64,000 nt of DNA, taken from assembly GCA_965222375.1 (NCBI GenBank), contig CBDCTZ010000016.1, forward strand, positions 2,880,001-2,944,000. Reading direction: 5' to 3'. Origin of the DNA: Polyangiaceae bacterium (GTDB taxonomy: Bacteria; Myxococcota_A; Polyangia; Polyangiales; Polyangiaceae). A program made the position numbers and the translations under genes. Shown piece by piece: positions 58,279 to 64,000 of the stretch; position 1 is the first letter of the stretch, and every line of letters begins with the position of its first letter. The notes beneath the pieces are model-generated. The model was not told the origin of the DNA and searched no databases. It was given only the letters and a program-made list of their open reading frames with translations.

Positions 58279-58941
58279 CTAGTCGCCGAAATTCCAGGCG
58301 ATACCCAGGAAGGGAGTGAGGTTTTGAGTGCCATGCACTGTGTCGTCGGCCAGAGCGTGACCGCCTCGGCGGTCGTAGTAACGGACGCGGTACTCGACGC
58401 GAAGTGCGACGGCGAGTTCGTCCGTCACCGGTACAGTGCCGCCCGCGCCGAGCATCCACGCGATGGTGGGGTGCGTGCGCAGCGCGCCAGAAGTATCGCC
58501 GCTTTCGCTCGGCAGGTCCGAGCGGGCCGTGTCGTGCCGTCGGCCTACAGCGCCGTAGCCCAGCTCGACGAACAGCCTTCGCCAATGGGCTCTAATGACG
58601 GGGCCGGCCCACATCTCTAGATAGGAGCCGCCAACTTCGCCCTCGACCTGCGGTGCGCCGTCGGCGTCGAAGGCGACGAAGCGTGCGGCGCTGCGCTTAC
58701 CCGCGTCGAGTTGCTGGAATACGCCGACCTCCAGGGGCCCCCACACGTCGTAGGTGAGCATGTGGAGCAGTCCGATCTCGCTATTTTCGACCAGGCGATC
58801 TCCTCGTGCACCTCCGACCTCGGTTTTCACCTGCTGCTCGAAGCGCGAAACGGTCAGCCCGGCGTCCAGGCGCCAGGGACCCTGGGCGGCACCAATTCCA
58901 CACCATAGGGTGATGCCGAAAAAGACGAGGACGGCGCGCAT
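58279..58941 (-). CDS. Outer-membrane beta-barrel protein (small, OmpA-TM-like)
   Basis: Signal peptide, amphipathic strands, VELGYG, VEYRVRY, C-terminal LGIAWNF. Confidence 0.7.
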   Translation of the reverse strand: MRAVLVFFGITLWCGIGAAQGPWRLDAGLTVSRFEQQVKTEVGGARGDRLVENSEIGLLHMLTYDVWGPLEVGVFQQLDAGKRSAARFVAFDADGAPQVEGEVGGSYLEMWAGPVIRAHWRRLFVELGYGAVGRRHDTARSDLPSESGDTSGALRTHPTIAWMLGAGGTVPVTDELAVALRVEYRVRYYDRRGGHALADDTVHGTQNLTPFLGIAWNFGD

Positions 58942-58983
58942 TTGTGCTCAGCCTACCCAGGGTCCGGGTGGTAGTGAAGCGGA

Positions 58984-59703
58984 GTGCACCAACTCCTCAT
59001 CGCGTCCCTGCCAGTTTGGCTGACCTACGCCTTTTATGCCGTCGTCGCGTGGGGCGTGGCCGCCGTGCTGGCTACCTTTCGGGTCGTCACCACAGGCACG
59101 ACCATGTCGTTGCTGATGCGCGTGGGCTTCGTGCTGTGGCTGGTTGTGCCCGCTTGGCTGGCGAACTCGGGGGCACTTTTGGATTTCAGTGTCATTCCAC
59201 CGATGATCTTCGGGGTCGTGGTTCCCATGGCGCTGATCATCACCGTCTTCTCGTTTTCTCGCGCAGGCAAATGGGTTGCCGAGCGCATGCCACTAACGCT
59301 GCTCGTGGGGTTTCAGGTGTTTCGGATCCCTTTGGAGATCTTGCTGCACCAGCTGCATTCCCACGGCGTGTTGCCCGTTCAGATGACCTTCGCGGGACTG
59401 AACTTCGACATCCTCAGCGGTGTGGGCGCGCTCGTGCTGTGGGTCATGCTCCGGCGTGGGCATGTTGCGCCGACGCTGCTGAAGGTGTGGAACGTTGCCG
59501 GACTCGTGCTGTTGATTACCATCGTGTCCATCGCGGTGATGGCTTTTCCAGCACCCTTTGGCCTGTTCACGCCGCAGAATCGGCTCGTCGCCTATTTCCC
59601 CTGGGTCTGGTTGCCGACGTTCTTGGTGCAGTTGGCGTTGGCTGGTCACCTGCTCATGTTTCGCAAACTGCAGGCAATGCCGCCTGAAAAATCCGCTGAC
59701 TGA
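58984..59703 (+). CDS. Integral membrane protein
   Basis: About 7 TM helices; Q.FRI..E, G.NFDI..G, WN..G, FPW.WLP.F.V..A..GH motifs. Confidence 0.75.
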   Translation: MHQLLIASLPVWLTYAFYAVVAWGVAAVLATFRVVTTGTTMSLLMRVGFVLWLVVPAWLANSGALLDFSVIPPMIFGVVVPMALIITVFSFSRAGKWVAERMPLTLLVGFQVFRIPLEILLHQLHSHGVLPVQMTFAGLNFDILSGVGALVLWVMLRRGHVAPTLLKVWNVAGLVLLITIVSIAVMAFPAPFGLFTPQNRLVAYFPWVWLPTFLVQLALAGHLLMFRKLQAMPPEKSAD

Positions 59704-59754
59704 GCCCCCCGGCCCGATTGACTCCCCGGACGGGGTCGGTAGAAGCTGCGTGAC

Positions 59755-60420
59755 ATGGGCGCACCCGACTCTCCTCCCAATGCGCGCATATCCAGAGCCG
59801 CTTCGAGCTTGCGCACACACGCCCTCGGGTTGCCAGAAACCACCGAGGACTTCCCTTGGGGCCATAGCGCTTTCAAGGTGCGCGGGAAGGCGTTCGTTTT
59901 TCTCGTGGCGAGTGGGGACGGCCTGAAGCTCTCGGTCAAGCTGCCAAGCTCGGGTTTCGAAGCGCTTGCGCTGCCCTTCGCGTCCCCCACCGGCTACGGG
60001 TTGGGCAAGAGCGGCTGGGTCTCCGCGGGGTTGGGGCCGCGCGACGAGATCCCCGTCGAGCTCTTGATGGAGTGGATCGATGAGAGCTATCGAGCCATCG
60101 CGCCGAAGACGCTTGCGCGGGAGCTCGACACGGCGCAGCGGTCCGAGCAGACGCAGGCCGACGCGGGTGCGACGCCGGTCTCGCCGAAGCGGAAGGCGAA
60201 ACGCCGGGTCGCCAAAGGCACCCTCGAGAAGCGCAGCGCTGCGAAGAAGAAGCCGGCCAGCAAGCAGAAGCGCCCTCCAGTCAAGAAGACAGCCAAGAAG
60301 AAGACAGCCAAGAAGAAGACAGCCAAGAAGAAGACAGCCAAGAGAAGGGCCGCCGCGAAAAAGGCCCCTCGCAAACCGAACCGCCAGCGCCGCCGGACCA
60401 GCGTCAGGAAGAAAGCGTGA
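59755..60420 (+). CDS. MmcQ/YjbR family protein with Lys/Ala-rich histone-H1-like tail
   Basis: [10 protein letters not shown]...[28 protein letters not shown], followed by KKTAK repeats. Confidence 0.85.
   Translation: MGAPDSPPNARISRAASSLRTHALGLPETTEDFPWGHSAFKVRGKAFVFLVASGDGLKLSVKLPSSGFEALALPFASPTGYGLGKSGWVSAGLGPRDEIPVELLMEWIDESYRAIAPKTLARELDTAQRSEQTQADAGATPVSPKRKAKRRVAKGTLEKRSAAKKKPASKQKRPPVKKTAKKKTAKKKTAKKKTAKRRAAAKKAPRKPNRQRRRTSVRKKA
60283..60342 (+). repeat. Four perfect 15-bp tandem repeats (AAGAAGACAGCCAAG) encoding KKTAK
   Basis: Read directly from the sequence. Confidence 0.95.
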
Positions 60421-60890
60421 GCCAAGACTTCACTGGGCTAGCTATTCAAGATGGCGATGAAGACGTCCAGGCGGCGGCGCCAAGCACCCTGGTGCGCATC
60501 GCGGGCCGCGCTGCCACCTTGACGGGCGTCTTCACCGTGGTGCTCGGCTTTCAGACCCTTGCGAACATTCGCTTGGTCGGCATCTTCGCTGTTGCCCCCT
60601 TCGCTCAGTTGCTTTTTGGGGTGGCGCTGGCCGTCGCCGGGTGGAAGCTCTCTCGCGGGCGGGGTTGGGCTGCGATTGCCAGCGCGGTGCTCGCTGCCTT
60701 GACCGTGTTGGCCACGTTGGGGTTTTCGATTACGGCCCTGCTCGGTGGCTACGTGTCTCTGATGCCCGTGTTTGTGATCTTCTCGGGTGTAGTGAGCGCT
60801 GTCATGGCGGGGATCGGCATCGGCGAATGCCTGCGCGGCGACAAAGCGCGGGAGCGCCTGGCGGCGCAGGGCCTGGACATGGGGCTGTGA
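60417..60890 (+). CDS. Membrane protein (4 TM)
   Basis: Four hydrophobic helices; GTGA overlap with the upstream gene. Confidence 0.7.
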   Translation: MSQDFTGLAIQDGDEDVQAAAPSTLVRIAGRAATLTGVFTVVLGFQTLANIRLVGIFAVAPFAQLLFGVALAVAGWKLSRGRGWAAIASAVLAALTVLATLGFSITALLGGYVSLMPVFVIFSGVVSAVMAGIGIGECLRGDKARERLAAQGLDMGL

Positions 60891-60972
60891 CCGCGGGCGC
60901 ATTGGCCAAGCCCTTTCGAGTCGCCGCGCCAGCTATTACCCGTGCGCCGTTTCCGCGCTAGATAGGCCTGCC

Positions 60973-61836
60973 GTGTTCATCCCCCGCCGTCTCGACAAGT
61001 ACGTGCGTGACGCGACTCCACTGACCGTGGAGCAGGTCCGGGCCGAACTGTCAGCAGGGCGCATTGCCGTGAACGGGACCGAAGTCCGAGTCCCGATGCA
61101 GCTGATCTTCGAGGATGACCTGGTCACGCTAGCTCGCGAGCCGATCACGCCCAGGGCCGTCCACAGTCACTTCGTATTGAACAAGCCCTTGAGCGTCACC
61201 AGCACGGTTCGTGATCCGGAGGGCCGAGCGGATCTGAGTCCCTTCATGCGCCGCATGCCACCGGGGGTATTCCCGATCGGGCGGCTCGATCGTTCGACTT
61301 CTGGGCTACTGCTTTTCACGACGGATGGCGACCTCGCCCACGCCGTGCTGCACCCGGATCATCATACGGAAAAGCTGTACTGGCTATGGCTCAACGAGCA
61401 CGTCGCCGACGACGACCCGCGCCTGGCCCAGCTGACCGAGGGCTTGCTCTTGCGGGGTCGACGGGAGAAAGCGAGGTCCGTTCGGGTTCTTCATCGCACG
61501 GCGGATTTCACCGAGCTGCACGTCACCCTGAGTGAGGGAAAGAACCGGCAAATCCGTCGGATGATGCGGGCGCTGGACTTCTACCTCCACGCCCTGCACC
61601 GACTGCAAATTGGTCCGATTGCGGATCCTGATCTGGCCCCTGGCGAGATGCGCAGCCTGGACGATAGCGAGGTTGAAGCTCTGTGGCGAGCTACTGGTAG
61701 CCGCGAGAGCGTGAACAAGAGGAAGATTGCGGCTCTGCAGCGGCTGGCTGAGCGCCGCCGCACGCAGGCGCCAGACTCGCGCCTCGAGGCGTGGCTCTAC
61801 GGGGCCCGCTCAGGCTCATGCAGCGGCGCTGGTTAG
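60973..61836 (+). CDS. rRNA pseudouridine synthase (RsuA/RluB family) with S4 domain
   Basis: RLDKY, LNKP, PIGRLDRSTSGLLLFTTDG, K.Y, EGKNRQIRRM, L.R.QIG. Confidence 0.93.
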   Translation: MFIPRRLDKYVRDATPLTVEQVRAELSAGRIAVNGTEVRVPMQLIFEDDLVTLAREPITPRAVHSHFVLNKPLSVTSTVRDPEGRADLSPFMRRMPPGVFPIGRLDRSTSGLLLFTTDGDLAHAVLHPDHHTEKLYWLWLNEHVADDDPRLAQLTEGLLLRGRREKARSVRVLHRTADFTELHVTLSEGKNRQIRRMMRALDFYLHALHRLQIGPIADPDLAPGEMRSLDDSEVEALWRATGSRESVNKRKIAALQRLAERRRTQAPDSRLEAWLYGARSGSCSGAG

Positions 61837-62484
61837 GTCAGCGCTTGCCCGACGATTCAAGCGCGCGATCAACTTGTGCTTCTTGGAGTACACCGTGGCC
61901 ACACTGATGCCCATGTCCTCGGCCAGCGCCTTTGGATCGAGGTTCTCCGTGCAGATCTGCTCGAGAAAGACCCGGTCCCTCGGATTCAGATCCCTCATCC
62001 AATCCCGCACTCGATTCGTACGCTCGGTGCCGAGGTAGCACTCGAAGGGATCCGGATCGATGCTGGACACGGACTCGAGCACGGACACGGAGCTTCGCTT
62101 GGCGTCGCGCTTGTGCTTGCGCAAGAAGTCGTAGGTGGTGCGAATCGCGATCGTGCCCAGCCAAGCTGCCAGGGAGCAGCCGCGGCTGGGGTCGAAGGCC
62201 GCCAAACGCTTGCCGCCGTTCTGAACCAGTCGCAGGCATACTGTCGAGTAGATGTCTTGTTCGTCCTCGGGGCTCGCCACGGCTCGGAATCGCGAGGTCA
62301 CGCTCGTGATGCACCGACGCATGGTGGGACCATGCCTGCGCAGCAGCTCGGCCCAAGCCTGCTCGCTGCCGCTGAGCAGGGCCTCGAGCAGTGCCGGGTC
62401 GTCGAGATTTTCGGCGTCGAGACGGATCGTCGCCGGACTGGGGGCGGAAGCTAAGTGAGGGATGGTGTGCATGGCCTGTTTCAT
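61816..62484 (-). CDS. ECF-type sigma-70 factor
   Basis: D..LL......E.AW.EL...H, FDPSRG.SL.AWL.TIA...YD.LR (region 2), LA..MGISVATVYS (region 4 HTH). Start 62484 or 62472. Confidence 0.88.
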   Translation of the reverse strand: MKQAMHTIPHLASAPSPATIRLDAENLDDPALLEALLSGSEQAWAELLRRHGPTMRRCITSVTSRFRAVASPEDEQDIYSTVCLRLVQNGGKRLAAFDPSRGCSLAAWLGTIAIRTTYDFLRKHKRDAKRSSVSVLESVSSIDPDPFECYLGTERTNRVRDWMRDLNPRDRVFLEQICTENLDPKALAEDMGISVATVYSKKHKLIARLNRRASADLTSAAA

Positions 62485-62517
62485 GCGCGAACTTACGAGG
62501 CCGCCTAAAACCTGCCC

Positions 62518-62558
62518 CCTCAAAGATCCTCAAAGTCGACCCCTCGCATCCTTTGAGG
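62518..62558. promoter_or_regulatory. Three copies of CCTCAAAG (two direct at 10-bp spacing, one inverted) in the divergent sigma/ATPase intergenic region
   Basis: CCTCAAAG at 62518-62525 and 62528-62535; CTTTGAGG at 62551-62558. Confidence 0.55.
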
Positions 62559-62603
62559 CGCGGGATTAAGACCGGATCCGTGGTCGCCGCCGCCCGTCCC
62601 CGC

Positions 62604-64000
62604 ATGCCGTCTATCAGCTCGGAACGAGACGACTTTGTCGGCCGGGAGACGGAGCTCTCTGCCCTCAAGGCAGCCTGGTCTGGGGGCGATCGACTCCTCA
62701 CACTCCTTGGCCCGGGAGGAAGCGGGAAGACGCGTCTGGCCAGGCATTTCGCCTTGCGCGTCCGAGATTCCGATGAGCTTGAAACCCGGGTTTGGTTCTG
62801 CGATTTGGCGCAAGCCCGGGCCGGGCTCGAGTTGATCGAGGTCGTCGCCCGCAAGCTGGACCTACCCTTGGCGGGGTCCGGAGAAGTCGAGGCCTTGGCG
62901 CGGGGCGTGGCGCACGCCTTGGCAGAGGCAGGGCGCTGCTTGTTGGTACTGGACAACCTGGAGCAGGTCGTCGATGACGCCCGCGCCGTGATCGAACAAT
63001 GGCTCGATCTCGCACCAGAAGCGATGCTGCTGGTGACGAGTCGGGAGCGACTACGCGTGTCGGGTGAACGTTGCATCGCCTTGGGCTCACTGCCCCTGCC
63101 CTCGGTTGGTGCCAGCGCCGAGGCCATTCTGTCCGCAGACTCCGTGAAGCTGTTTGTCAGCCGTGCCAGCGCCGCCCGGATTGAATTCGCCGGACAGGCT
63201 GTGGACTGCGCCCCGGAACTCGCGGCCCTGGTGCGCAAGCTCGAGGGTCTTCCCTTGGCCATCGAGCTGTGTGCGGCACGCATTGTCAGCCTCAGCCCGG
63301 CGCAGTTGCTAGAGCGTTTGGACCACCGTTTCGAGACTCTGGTCGACCGTCGTGGACGCTCCGGGCGACAAGCTACGCTCGAGGCGACCATCGACTGGTC
63401 CTGGCAACTGCTCGGTGACGTCGAGCGCCAAGCCCTTTCCCAATGCACCGTGTTCCGCGGAGATTTCGACCTCGACGGAATTGAAGCGGTTACGTTGACC
63501 GAGCCACCGCAGTCCGGACTCGATCTGCTCGAGTCGCTGATCGACAAGTCGCTAGTCAGCGTGAGGGAGTCGAGTGCGGGGCCGCGCCGATACTTCCTGC
63601 TGGAAAGCGTCCGGGAGTTCTGCGAGGGCCACCTCGAGGGGTCCAAGCGGCAAGAGGCCGAAGAGCGCCACGCCGTTTTCTACCTGGCGCGCTACACTGA
63701 AGGCCCCCGAGGCTCCTTCGCCAGTCAAGCCGATGAGCCCAACCTGATCGCCGTCCACGAACGGGCGCTGCGCAACGGCAATCCCGGGCGCGCCCTCGAT
63801 GCCGCTCTGGCCCTCGAGCCCGTTCTCTCGACTCGAGGCCCCGTACAGCGTCTGATTGAATTGCTCGACGCCGCCATGCAGGGCGCTCCTGCAAGCGCGT
63901 CATTGGCTCGCGCCACGATGAGCAGAGGTCTCGCGAAGAGTTCGGCGGGGGACATCGCCGGAGCCGCCGAGGATTTCGTGGCAGCCGCAGACGCGGAGGA
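62604..64000 (+). CDS. STAND/NB-ARC-like ATPase (AfsR/'predicted ATPase' type), 3' end outside the window
   Basis: Manual translation: FVGRETEL, LLTLLGPGGSGKTRLA (Walker A), LLVLDNLEQV (Walker B), LVTSRERL, LEGLPLAIEL, IDWSW.LL, then a helical/TPR-like region. No stop in the window. Confidence 0.88.
   Translation, partial: MPSISSERDDFVGRETELSALKAAWSGGDRLLTLLGPGGSGKTRLARHFALRVRDSDELETRVWFCDLAQARAGLELIEVVARKLDLPLAGSGEVEALARGVAHALAEAGRCLLVLDNLEQVVDDARAVIEQWLDLAPEAMLLVTSRERLRVSGERCIALGSLPLPSVGASAEAILSADSVKLFVSRASAARIEFAGQAVDCAPELAALVRKLEGLPLAIELCAARIVSLSPAQLLERLDHRFETLVDRRGRSGRQATLEATIDWSWQLLGDVERQALSQCTVFRGDFDLDGIEAVTLTEPPQSGLDLLESLIDKSLVSVRESSAGPRRYFLLESVREFCEGHLEGSKRQEAEERHAVFYLARYTEGPRGSFASQADEPNLIAVHERALRNGNPGRALDAALALEPVLSTRGPVQRLIELLDAAMQGAPASASLARATMSRGLAKSSAGDIAGAAEDFVAAADAE

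Noticed and set aside
61838..63646. 602-aa minus-strand ORF and other long antisense ORFs (for example 3411-4472, 21751-22965, 29154-30386, 44773-45957)
   Set aside because: Shadow or alternative-frame ORFs of well-supported genes in GC-rich DNA; no recognisable motifs.

Overview
GC-rich chromosomal window, most likely from a myxobacterium (Myxococcota, Polyangia-like), judged from a MYXO-CTERM sorting signal, Cys-rich lipoproteins and Ser/Thr kinases. The centrepiece is a tightly coupled ~18.5 kb + strand cluster (15070-33591). It encodes indolepyruvate oxidoreductase IorA (fused to a GltD-like flavin/Fe-S module) and IorB, a two-subunit ATP-dependent hydantoinase/oxoprolinase, an acyl-CoA dehydrogenase, a split B12-dependent acyl-CoA mutase, a family III CoA-transferase, a three-subunit xanthine-dehydrogenase-family molybdoenzyme, an atypical thiolase and TrpB2. 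This gene set matches the O2-independent indole-3-acetate (iaa) catabolic pathway described in Azoarcus/Aromatoleum. Here it appears rewired to start from tryptophan/indolepyruvate, and possibly free indole, instead of an IAA-CoA ligase. A second highlight is a MYXO-CTERM thermolysin-like metalloprotease whose best start codon is out of frame across a (GA)9 microsatellite in the signal peptide, a candidate phase-variation switch. The rest is housekeeping or accessory: asnS, speD, pfkA, msrA, desaturase, GH15, B12 radical SAM, pseudouridine synthase, an ECF sigma factor and a partial STAND ATPase. No tRNA, rRNA, CRISPR-Cas or intact mobile element was recognised. All assignments come from motif reading only; no database searches were run.
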